Origin: Clostridia bacterium
GTDB taxonomy: Bacteria > Bacillota > Clostridia > Oscillospirales > Acutalibacteraceae
Direction of reading: 5' to 3'
DNA length: 44,082 nucleotides
Assembly (NCBI GenBank): GCA_017481085.1
Contig: JAFUPS010000065.1
Location: forward strand, 1-44,082
The position numbers and the translations under genes are program-made. Positions within the stretch are counted from its first letter, which is position 1, and the number at the start of each line of letters is the position of its first letter. Shown here in pieces: positions 7,285-16,700 of the stretch. Below the pieces are notes generated by a model, which did not search any database, had not been told where the DNA came from, and was given only the letters and a program-made list of their open reading frames with translations.

Positions 7285-8373
7285 ATGAAAAAAACATTCG
7301 TAATGCTTTTAGCTTTGGTGTTGATAGCAGGCGTTTTGGCTCTGCCGGTCAACGCGGCGGATAGCGCTGTAGCGCGTGTGTACCTCGATGCACCGGCACA
7401 GGCGGCCTCCGGCGAGGAAATCGGCGTGGCGCTGTACGTCAACGGTAACAGCGCTTCGGGCGGCGTGCAAGCTACCATTAGCTACGACAACAATAAGCTG
7501 GATTACGTCAGCGTTTCGCTCCGTAGCGATGTGACCGCGCTTGGCAATAACGAGGACGTTACGGTCAAGGTGGATGAGTCGACCGGTACGATCAAGTTTG
7601 TCGGGCTGTCCAACGTAGCCGGCGGCACGGCTCCGTCGGATGCATGGGCGACCTTCAAGTTTACCGTGAAGATGAGTACTGCCAACGATTCCACCGACGT
7701 GACGCTGAGTAACGTGAAGGTGTCGGATAAAGACGGTGTCAATCTGTTGGATACCACCACCGTCAACACGGCCGTGTCGGTGATCACCATCGGCGTGAAC
7801 GATTACGTCGATATGGATGGTGCGACCATCAAAACGGATATCAGCAAGCAGGGTCTGCGTTTTCAGGCGACGCCGGATGCAGCGACCATCGGTAGCCTGA
7901 GCAACATCAGCGAGGTGGGCGTTGTGATGATGCCGGCTGACCTGCTGTATGAGGAGCAGGATCTGACTGCGGATACGATCGGCAAGGGCGGCACGACGCC
8001 GGCGGTTGCCAAGATCAGCTCCACGGTAAACGCCGACCTGCTGGATGACGTACAGTCTGGTGATCTCGTGTACGCGACGCTGACAAACGGTACCACCGGT
8101 GGCCGTGCGAACTACACGATCGTGGCCCGTGCTTACATCGTAGTGAATGGTGAGACCATCTACAGCCACAATACGATCTCCGATAAGAACATTGCCGACG
8201 GCGAGGCTGTGAAGACGTTGGCCTCGGTTGCGCAGGCGATTGCCAAGGAGGAGATCGCCGGTGGTGCGACCGAGACTGCCGAGATCACCGCGATTTTAGC
8301 AAAGGATACGCTTACCGATGAGGAAGTGACCGCGCTGCTGACCTTCTGCCGTGACAACATCAGCGAACTGTAA
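7285..8373 (+). CDS. Secreted protein with an N-terminal cohesin-like domain and a C-terminal domain of unknown function
   Basis: The signal peptide is MKKTFVMLLALVLIAGVLALPVNA. Residues 30-170 show a cohesin-like pattern (VYLDAP..ASGEEIGVALYVNG....VQATISYDNNKLDYVSV...GTIKFVGL...WATFKFTVK...VTLSNVKVSD). I saw no SLH, LPXTG or TM anchor. Confidence 0.5.
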   Translation: MKKTFVMLLALVLIAGVLALPVNAADSAVARVYLDAPAQAASGEEIGVALYVNGNSASGGVQATISYDNNKLDYVSVSLRSDVTALGNNEDVTVKVDESTGTIKFVGLSNVAGGTAPSDAWATFKFTVKMSTANDSTDVTLSNVKVSDKDGVNLLDTTTVNTAVSVITIGVNDYVDMDGATIKTDISKQGLRFQATPDAATIGSLSNISEVGVVMMPADLLYEEQDLTADTIGKGGTTPAVAKISSTVNADLLDDVQSGDLVYATLTNGTTGGRANYTIVARAYIVVNGETIYSHNTISDKNIADGEAVKTLASVAQAIAKEEIAGGATETAEITAILAKDTLTDEEVTALLTFCRDNISEL

Positions 8374-8383
8374 GAGGGGGTTG

Positions 8384-8536
8384 ATGTACGTGAATACGAA
8401 GTATTTGACGCCGCGGGCAGAGGTTGCCCGTCTGCTGCCGACCAATATTACCACCGTTTCGGTTGAGGGCGGCTGGAAGGACGAGTGGGACGAAGAATTG
8501 GACAACGATACGGCCGAGGCTTCGGACCAGGCATAA
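8384..8536 (+). CDS. Possible small (50 aa) protein with an acidic C-terminus
   Basis: The ATG at 8384 lies 5 nt after GAGGGGG and just downstream of the cohesin gene stop. It ends just before the terminator. There is no recognisable family. Confidence 0.3.
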   Translation: MYVNTKYLTPRAEVARLLPTNITTVSVEGGWKDEWDEELDNDTAEASDQA

Positions 8537-8544
8537 AATTTTCA

Positions 8545-8589
8545 AAAAGAGAGAGTACTCTCTCTTTTGTGGAACGAGTCCGTTCCACA
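8545..8589 (+). terminator. Tandem hairpins (terminator)
   Basis: A perfect 24-nt palindrome AAAAGAGAGAGT/ACTCTCTCTTTT lies at 8545-8568. It is followed by TGTGGAACG-agtc-CGTTCCACA at 8568-8589. Confidence 0.65.
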
Positions 8590-8639
8590 AACCCTTTACA
8601 ATTAAGGTATATATGTACGCGTGTTATAAGGAGCAAACT

Positions 8640-10130
8640 ATGAAAAAGATTTTGTGTGTATTGCTGGTCCTCGCGATGTTGCTCAGCTTCACGGCGTGCG
8701 ACAGCGAGCCGGAAGTTGAATTAAACGTCCCCGAAGGCAAACCGACCTACGCCGATGATAAAGAGCTGGAGCTGTACGCATACGCCGGTCCCCGAAGCGG
8801 CGGCTATCGCTGGCAGGTAAACGGCGAGACCCACCCGGACGATCCGGCAGGCGGTTGGGACGGGTTCATTACCGAAAAAGATTTCCAGGATTACATTGAT
8901 TGCGGCTTTACGTTCCTCTATCCGGAGTACGATGGCAAGGCGTATCGTAACGCAGCCGATCTGCAAGTTCCGTTTGAGCAGAGTACGCTGTACGAGTACA
9001 TGTCTCTGGCTGAGAAAATGAATATCGACGTGGTGGTTCAGGACGATACCGTCACGCAGCTGACCAGAGGCACCTCGCCGCTGATGGATGACGATATGAA
9101 AGCGTACGTCAAGCAACTGATCGACGATCTGTCCACCTTTGAATGCTTCAAAGGCCTGACGCTTGCGGACGAGCCGAAGGTAAACAATTACCGCATTTTT
9201 GAGCAGGTGACCAACTTCGCCCGTTCGGTCAAAGCCGATATCGAGCTGATCACCTGCATGCTGCCGGTCTACGGTGCGCCGCACTTAAACGTCGGCACCG
9301 GTACGACGGCGGATTACCAGGAGTACATCGACGACTACGGCAAGCTGGACGGTCATTTCATTTATGACTTCTATCCGCTGCGCTGGTCGCCGGTGACTGG
9401 CAACTACCTGAAGAGACAGTGGTTCCAGAATCTCGAAATGGTCGCTAACAGCAGCAAGACCAACGGCTTTGAGACCGGCGTGGTCATCCAGTCCTGCGCT
9501 TACGGCGGTGTGGGCAACGAGGGTGTCGCAGACCACGCCCGCTCGGTGCTGACGCAGGCAGACGTCGGCTACCAGCTGTATACGTCGCTGGCCTACGGTG
9601 CCAAGACCATCGGTTACTTCACCTACTGGCAGCACCGTAGCGAAGGCCGCCCGGACATCAACGAAGGCTTCTACGATGCGATGGTCATGTACCCGAAGGA
9701 CAACGGCATGGAATCGGTCAAGACCGATACCTACTACGCCGTCAAGGCCGCCAACCTCGAGGTCAAGAAGTTCGATCACGTGCTGATGAGCTTCGACTGG
9801 GAAGGCACGATCGGCCTGAAGGGTACCGATAAATTCAAGACGATGATCGACATTCCGGAGTACACCAATCCGCGCATTGCCGAAGCGACCTCCACTGAGG
9901 ACGCGATCATCGGCTGCCTGAAGGACCAGAACGGCTACGACGGTTTTATGATCGTCAATGCCCTGGAGCCCAGCCTGGAACAGAGCGTTTCCGTCACCGT
10001 GAAATTCCGTGAAGCCTCCTCCGCGATCGCTTACGTCAATGGCGAGGAAACGGAAATTCAACTGGAAGACGGCAGCTATACGTTTAACCTTGACGCCGGT
10101 GCCGGTGTCTTTGTGATCCCGATCAAGTAA
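8640..10130 (+). CDS. Surface lipoprotein carrying an unassigned glycoside-hydrolase-like domain (paralog 1 of 3)
   Basis: The ATG at 8640 follows an AAGGAG RBS. The lipobox is MKKILCVLLVLAMLLSFTAC. It shares the motifs GFTFLYPE, GLTLADEP, YDFYP, VVIQS, YTSLAYGAKTIGYFTYWQH and the C-terminal GVFVIPI with 17192-18601 and 25705-27207. Confidence 0.55.
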   Translation: MKKILCVLLVLAMLLSFTACDSEPEVELNVPEGKPTYADDKELELYAYAGPRSGGYRWQVNGETHPDDPAGGWDGFITEKDFQDYIDCGFTFLYPEYDGKAYRNAADLQVPFEQSTLYEYMSLAEKMNIDVVVQDDTVTQLTRGTSPLMDDDMKAYVKQLIDDLSTFECFKGLTLADEPKVNNYRIFEQVTNFARSVKADIELITCMLPVYGAPHLNVGTGTTADYQEYIDDYGKLDGHFIYDFYPLRWSPVTGNYLKRQWFQNLEMVANSSKTNGFETGVVIQSCAYGGVGNEGVADHARSVLTQADVGYQLYTSLAYGAKTIGYFTYWQHRSEGRPDINEGFYDAMVMYPKDNGMESVKTDTYYAVKAANLEVKKFDHVLMSFDWEGTIGLKGTDKFKTMIDIPEYTNPRIAEATSTEDAIIGCLKDQNGYDGFMIVNALEPSLEQSVSVTVKFREASSAIAYVNGEETEIQLEDGSYTFNLDAGAGVFVIPIK

Positions 10131-10143
10131 AGGAGAGAGTACG

Positions 10144-11754
10144 ATGAAAAAGACAATGACGAAAGTTCTGGCGATGCTGATCGCCGCGGTGATGCTCATC
10201 GGCTGTATGGCCGGCTGCGATGGCAGCGGCGGCGGTGCGAAACTGACCGGCGAAGTGCTGATGATCACGGCTGCGCTCAACGGCTTGGGCGAAAGCTGGC
10301 TGCGCGACGCAGCCGAGGCCTACACCTATGAGACCGGTGTGGAAGTGCGTATCGAGTTTGACTCGCTCGTTTCGCAGAATATGACCACCATCTTCGAAAC
10401 CGAAGGTATGGAGACGGCTGACCTCTATTTTGCACAGTCGTACGAGTGGGCGCAGTGGTTTGACCGTGGCTACATCATGGATATTACCAGCATGATGAAC
10501 CAGAAGGACGAAAACGGCCAATCGCTCAACGATCGTATGGTCTCCACCAAAATGTACACGCTGGACAGCGGCGAGGAGAAGCAAAGCATTCTGCCGGTGA
10601 CCAACGCCCCGACCGGTATGGTGTATAATAAAGCGATGATGAAATATCTCTGCCAGGACGTGCTGGGCTGGGATGCATCGCACGAGTACCCGGTGAACAC
10701 CAAAGAGCTGCGCGAAGTGATCGCGGCGCTGGAAAAGGTGACCGCCGAGGGTACCAACAAGGAACTCTTTACTTATGAACAGTCCGGCCAGACCCTGCCG
10801 GTCAAGCCGTTCGTGTGGTCCGGCTCTACGGGTATGCTGGAAATGATGACCTATCCGTGGATGTGGCAGTATTTCGGCACCGAAGGTATGACCGCCTACT
10901 TCAGCCAGACCAAGAACATTGATATGCTCAACGATCAGGGCTTCTATCAGGTCTACCAGGAAATGGTCGATCTGCTTGGCCTGGTCGAGGACCCCAACAC
11001 CGGCGAATGGACCACCACCACTTCCATTCCGGGCTGTGCTTCGCTCAACCACGTTGGCTCACAGCAGCGTTTCCTGCGCGGCCAGGCGCTGATGGCACCG
11101 ACCGGCTCGTGGTTCTATAACGAAATGGAAACCGTTATCAACGAAAAAGAAGGTCTGGCAGAGAACGTTGCGTTTATGCCGACTCCGTGGATGGCGGATG
11201 AAAACGGCAACCCGATCACCAAGGAAGGTGTCGAGATGCCGAAGGATGAAAACGGTAACTACAAGCCGTATGTCAAGATCAATACGCAGGACTATTTCTG
11301 CATCCCGACCAAGGCGTATGCGCCGGAACTGGCTCAGGACTTCCTGCTGTTTATGTTCTCCTCGGATTATCTGCCCACTGTGGCGGAGACGTTGCAGTCG
11401 CCGGTGTGCTTCGAGTACGGCGATGTCGAGATCGAAAAGACCTCGTGGTTTGCAAGCGTCGACAAGGCGATGCAGATCGGTGTGCAGGCAACGAAATTTG
11501 CGCCCAACAAGCTGGCGCTGTACGGCCGCATCGGCTTCTACTACAACCCGGACGTTGCGCCGTTCTCCCGTCTGGTGCAGTCCAGCTTCGGCAGCAGCAA
11601 CATCCTCGTCGACTCGGCGACCGGTAAAGTGATCCAGTCTGCCGATCAGGCGACCGGTATTGCGGTTACCGAAAACGTGTACAAATATGTGAAAGGTAAC
11701 TTCGATCGCGGCTCCATCGCGTTCCAGGATGCTAAAAAAGAGTTGGGAGTGTAA
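10144..11754 (+). CDS. Large extracellular solute-binding lipoprotein of a carbohydrate ABC transporter (LplA-like)
   Basis: The lipobox is MLIGCMAGC. The 536-aa size and its position directly upstream of two sugar-type permease genes fit this call. Confidence 0.75.
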   Translation: MKKTMTKVLAMLIAAVMLIGCMAGCDGSGGGAKLTGEVLMITAALNGLGESWLRDAAEAYTYETGVEVRIEFDSLVSQNMTTIFETEGMETADLYFAQSYEWAQWFDRGYIMDITSMMNQKDENGQSLNDRMVSTKMYTLDSGEEKQSILPVTNAPTGMVYNKAMMKYLCQDVLGWDASHEYPVNTKELREVIAALEKVTAEGTNKELFTYEQSGQTLPVKPFVWSGSTGMLEMMTYPWMWQYFGTEGMTAYFSQTKNIDMLNDQGFYQVYQEMVDLLGLVEDPNTGEWTTTTSIPGCASLNHVGSQQRFLRGQALMAPTGSWFYNEMETVINEKEGLAENVAFMPTPWMADENGNPITKEGVEMPKDENGNYKPYVKINTQDYFCIPTKAYAPELAQDFLLFMFSSDYLPTVAETLQSPVCFEYGDVEIEKTSWFASVDKAMQIGVQATKFAPNKLALYGRIGFYYNPDVAPFSRLVQSSFGSSNILVDSATGKVIQSADQATGIAVTENVYKYVKGNFDRGSIAFQDAKKELGV

Positions 11755-11757
11755 TGT

Positions 11758-12687
11758 ATGAGCCGAACTCTTAACGGTATGGAAAGGATCAGGCGTCGGC
11801 GTGTCGCCTTCGCTCTGCTCCTGATGGCCTGGCCGGTATTTATGTTTGTATTCGGCCAGGTTCTCAACCTGAATATGTTCTACATGGCGTTCCATAACTA
11901 TGGACGTTACGGTACCGCCAACCCCATCTTCGTTGGCTTTGATAACTTCGTGGGCGTTTTCAGAATGTTCGACGAAACGATCATCGGCAACGAATGGGAA
12001 GCGGTAACCAACTCCCTGCAGGTCGCGGGCGTTACGCTGTTTATCAACGCCCCGATCTCCCTGCTGTTTGCGTACCTGCTGTTCTCCAAGGTCCCGGCTT
12101 ATAAGACGCTGCGTGCTTTGCTGTATCTGCCCTGCGTGACCTCTGCGGTCGTGCTGGTGCTTATCTTCCGCGGTGTCTTCGAATCCGGCCCGCTGGAGAT
12201 GGTGTATCAGCTGTTGGGCGTTGCGGATAAATATCCGGTCAACGGCTGGTTTGTGCAAGGCCGTGCCTGGCCGGTCATCCAGATCTTCAATATCTGGACC
12301 GGCTTCTCCACCAATATGTTGTTCTTCCTTTCGGCCATGAACCGCGTGTCGGACGACTTCGTGGAAGCCGCTAAGCTAGACGGTGCCACCGAGCCGCAGA
12401 TCTTCTTCAAGATCGTGTTGCCGCTCATCTCGCCGACGGTCACCACCATTATGACCATTTCGTTGGCGGCGGTGTTTGGCTGGGGCCAGCAATCCATGCT
12501 GTTTATGGGCGACTTCTCCGGTGCGGAGGGTACCTCGGCCATCGGTCTGACGATGCTGGGTATGGCCCAGAGCCGAAACTTCGGCGGTGCATCCGCCTAC
12601 GGTGTGTGCCTTACTCTGGTCGGCGCACCCATCACCCTGGCTATTCGTGCGTTGGGCAGAAAACTGTCCACCAACGAAGAGTATTAA
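11758..12687 (+). CDS. Carbohydrate ABC transporter permease (LplB/MalF-type)
   Basis: It has six hydrophobic segments and an EAA-like loop (DDFVEAAKLDGATEPQIFFKIVLP). Confidence 0.85.
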   Translation: MSRTLNGMERIRRRRVAFALLLMAWPVFMFVFGQVLNLNMFYMAFHNYGRYGTANPIFVGFDNFVGVFRMFDETIIGNEWEAVTNSLQVAGVTLFINAPISLLFAYLLFSKVPAYKTLRALLYLPCVTSAVVLVLIFRGVFESGPLEMVYQLLGVADKYPVNGWFVQGRAWPVIQIFNIWTGFSTNMLFFLSAMNRVSDDFVEAAKLDGATEPQIFFKIVLPLISPTVTTIMTISLAAVFGWGQQSMLFMGDFSGAEGTSAIGLTMLGMAQSRNFGGASAYGVCLTLVGAPITLAIRALGRKLSTNEEY

Positions 12688-12700
12688 GGGGGTGCGGATA

Positions 12701-13597
12701 ATGGCAAGAGTAAGAGAATACCGTAAAGATAAGGTCAAGACCCCCACTACCGTCGGCAGTGTGCTGTGGGCTGGCTTCAAATGGATCGCCTACGTGCTGA
12801 TGATCCTGTGCGCATTTTCCTTCGTGTTCGTGTTCGCATGGACGTTTATGAACTCCTTCAAAACGGCCATTGGCTATGCGGAGGACACCTTCTTTCTCCC
12901 CGAAGTATGGGATTTTGATAACTATGCGAAGGTGCTGCGCGAAATGCAGTATAAGTCCTACGGTCTGTTCGAGATGCTCGGCAACTCGGTGATCCTCATT
13001 GCGCTGGGCGTTATCAACGCGATGGTCTGGCCGCAGTTTGCCGGCTACGCCATGGCACGCTTTGAGTTCCCGGGCCGCAAGATCATCGAAGCCGCGGTCT
13101 ACGTGGCAATGATCATCCCGATCATCGGTACCACCAGTACCGTGATGCAGATCAAAATGGCCCTCGGTCTGTATGACACGTTCCTCGGCGAATTCCTGTT
13201 CGGCTCCGGCGCGCTGGGTATGGGCTCGATCATGTATACCACCTTGTACCGCGGCCTGCCGGCGGCCTACGCCGAAGCAGCGTATATCGACGGCGCAGGG
13301 GAGTGGAGAGTGTTTTTGAACATCTACTATCCGCAATCCGTTCCGCTGATGCTGATCTTCGTCATTCAGGGCGCTATCGGTACGTGGAACGACTACATGG
13401 GCCCGTATCAGATGCTCCCGACTCACCCGACATTGGCGCTCGGCTTGCACGAGATGCAGCAGCGCTTCGTCCACTTCGGCGGCGATTACCCGGTGATGTT
13501 CGCCGGCTTGATCCTGGCTATGGCTCCCGTTTTGATCGTGTATTCGATCTTTGCGGATAAGATCATGGGCAACACCGCTATGGGTGCGTTGAAGTAA
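12701..13597 (+). CDS. Carbohydrate ABC transporter permease (LplC/MalG-type)
   Basis: The ATG at 12701 follows an AAGGGGG RBS. The EAA loop is AYAEAAYIDGAGEWRVFLNIYYP. Confidence 0.85.
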   Translation: MARVREYRKDKVKTPTTVGSVLWAGFKWIAYVLMILCAFSFVFVFAWTFMNSFKTAIGYAEDTFFLPEVWDFDNYAKVLREMQYKSYGLFEMLGNSVILIALGVINAMVWPQFAGYAMARFEFPGRKIIEAAVYVAMIIPIIGTTSTVMQIKMALGLYDTFLGEFLFGSGALGMGSIMYTTLYRGLPAAYAEAAYIDGAGEWRVFLNIYYPQSVPLMLIFVIQGAIGTWNDYMGPYQMLPTHPTLALGLHEMQQRFVHFGGDYPVMFAGLILAMAPVLIVYSIFADKIMGNTAMGALK

Positions 13598-13708
13598 TAA
13601 CGATACTTCAGCAACCGGCAGGGGGGCCTTGCCGGAGAAGCTAATGTTCGTTATTGCGTAATTCTACGTTTGGATGCTTATTCACTATAATTAAAGGAGG
13701 TTATTCCT

Positions 13709-16700
13709 GTGCGTTTAACCAAGAAATTTGGAGCAGTCGTGCTCGCTTTGGCGCTGCTTATCAGCTGCCTGGGCGTATTCACGGTTTCTGCCGCTACCGA
13801 CACGGTGATGAATTTGGTCTCGTTCCGTGACAGTGCTACCGGCTATGCGTCGTACGATTATTCGGCGTCCTATACGGATGCATCGTGGCGTATGTTTTTT
13901 TACGGCGATGCTTCCCCGACGGATATTAACGCTGCTTTTGGCGATTACGTCGTCACGTGGGACAACGGCGGTGAGACCGGTCAGTCGGCCGTACAGTTGT
14001 ATCCGCAGAACGCCGATAACGGCATTATGTGGGCTGTTATCTGGGGCGTTCCGGCCGCAGATGCCCTGGTGGACGGTGCGACCGTAAAGATCGCTGCCGG
14101 CACCGGTACGACCGGCAGCGGAAACAGCATCACGCTGGCCCGTGACGTCGACATGAAGTGGCATGCCGATACCCAGAGATGGGAGTACATCGCTCCCGCA
14201 CCGAGCTATACCGGCAATGCGTTGGCGTACAGCTCATCTAACGCGGGCAGCGGTTTTTACGCTTCCAGCGCAGACTCTATTCCGTATAATACCGATTGGA
14301 ATTATCGTTACTTCCCCATTGGGACACAGGGCGAAATCACCCTTATTCGTAACGGTGTGGAGACCAAACTGCCGAATGCGTATTTCCAGAAGATTGGCGC
14401 CTCGTCGTATTATATTAACGTCGAAGCTGGTGGCACACCTGTGCAGGCAGGCGATACCATCCGCATATCCGGCATATTTGGTCTGGGCGATTGGACGAAG
14501 GCGTGGGTCATCGGCTGGTTCCCGGGCACTTATGTAGAAATCCCGGAAGCCGTCTTTGATTTCGACGGCTCCAACTGGAGTGCCGGCTACGTACTGAGCG
14601 ACGATGCCGTCGTGCTGACTCACTTGGACGTCATTGCGGCGCACCAGTCGGCAACCGCCTTTTACACGAGCCTCCCGGAAGGCACTACCGGCTTGACTAT
14701 CGATAATGATTGGTATACGCGTTTCTACCCGATGACCAACCAGGACGGCGGCTTTGTAAACGGCACGGCCTACGCCAATCGTTTTGCGTTGGATGGCGGT
14801 GGTGGCATGCCGATCCAGAGCTCGGCCGGTGCGGCTGGTCTGTACGTGAGTGGTTTTGGCACGGCGACTGAAGGCACGACCGTCACCATCATGGGTGATT
14901 TCTACGGTTATAACCGTAACACCGGTGTGATGACCGGTGAGCAGATAACGCTGTATGCGCCGGTCACCTTCACCTACAGCGGCGGTGTGTGGACGCGCAC
15001 TTCCGAGATTCCGGAGATCCCGGTCTCTTGGAACTACCACGACTTTACGATTTCCGGTGTCAGTCAGGTGATCGAGAACGCTGCGACGACTGGTTATCGC
15101 CATTTCTACCTGAATATCAACGGCGAAGTCCCGGGCGACTGGGATAAGTTCGAGCACCTGCAGCTCGCCGTCAACGATGGTGAAAAATTTGGCGTTCGCG
15201 TTGGCAACAACGGTTCGACCTCCGTTATCTGCTTTGACGTGTATAAGGATTACATGCCCGCGTCGATCGACGTTGGAACGACCCTTACGCTCTATGCCGG
15301 TGCGGCGACACCCGCCGCTGATGCTGTCAATGTCAATGCCGATGACGCCATTCGTCTGACGCAGGATTGCACGCTGGTGTGGGATGGCTCCGGATGGGTG
15401 CTGGAAGAGGATTACAATCCGATCAGCTATACCAATCTGACCATCACCGGTGCGATTGAACCATCTGGTTTAAATACCGACAGCGGACGTTGGGATTTCT
15501 ATCTGTCTGTTGACGGTACTATCCCGGGCGTGGCTGACAGCGGCTATAGCTTCGCACCTATCAAAGCGATCTATAAAGATGCCGTCGGCAATACGATTCT
15601 GGAAAAGAACTTTACCTTCACCCATGCCGCTCACGGTAACGGCACGTTCTTTGCTTACGTCGAATTCACCGAGCTGACAGCCGATGCTTTGCCGGCCGGC
15701 TCGCATGTCACCTTCTATGCCGGCAAGGCGGATCCGACCACCGGTTCCGAAGGTATCAATATTACAAATGATTTCTCGCTCGAGTGGAACGGCAGCGAGT
15801 GGGTGACACCGGATCTTACTGTGTATGAGGATGTTGCTCTGAGCGCCCCGGAAAACGGTTGGAACGCTGAGCATTCCTGGTGGGATATCTATCTCACGTC
15901 CGATATCATTCTGCCGGGTACTGCCTGGGAGACTGCCTATAAGGATATCGTTGTGGAATACGGCGACGGTGCAACCGCCAATGGTCTGGCTGTCAAGAAG
16001 GCCGGCGATAAGCGGTTGAACGTCTTCTTCACAAGCGATGCTCCGGCTGTCGGTACCAAGATCACCATCAAGGCCGGCAAGTCCAAAGCGTATAACAATT
16101 CCACCGGCGTGGTGGATACGACCGCCAACGGCATCAACATCGTGTCGGATTATGTGATGGTCTGGACCGGTACCGGATTGGTGCCGGCGGCAGATTATGT
16201 GGTGTATAATGACCTCACTCTGACCGGCACGGTCAATCCGACCGGCTGGAGCGGCTCGATTTGGAACTTCTATCTGAGCGTTGATGGTACCATTCCGGGC
16301 GTGGGTGACAGTGGTTATTACTTCACACCGGCTTACATCACTGTGGTGGATGGCAACGGCAATACGCTGCTTAACAAATTTGAGAGAAACTTGGCTTTTG
16401 CGGCACATCAAACGACGCTGTTCTTCAACATTGACGCCAGCTCGCTGCCGTATGCCAGCGTGACCGAGGGCACCGTTCTGACTATCCACAGCGGCAAGAT
16501 GGATCCGATCTCCTGGGAATCCATTGCCCGCAACGAAGACGGCTATCAGATCGGTATCAACGTGCAAAACGACCTTGTGCTTGTGTGGGACGGCGCGTCG
16601 TGGATCAACTACCTCGACCGCTCCGGCTACACCGTGTACGAGGGCTCGGTATCCACGAAGGGTGCTGAAGTCGATCCGTCCACGCCGCCGCACCTGTATC

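Noticed and set aside
8424-8639. N-terminal extension of the lipoprotein ORF (track start 8424), and similar upstream extensions at 1259, 3767, 4616, 12587, 18608, 27879, 34809, 37575, 39153 and 41325
   Set aside because: The extensions run through terminators or upstream genes and lack an RBS. In each case an internal start has a strong Shine-Dalgarno sequence and gives the canonical N-terminus (signal peptide, lipobox or family-typical start).
10144-13597. Missing ABC ATPase as a sign of a defective transporter
   Set aside because: Firmicute sugar importers of the CUT1/Lpl type commonly share a distant MsmK/MsmX-type ATPase. Absence from the operon is normal.
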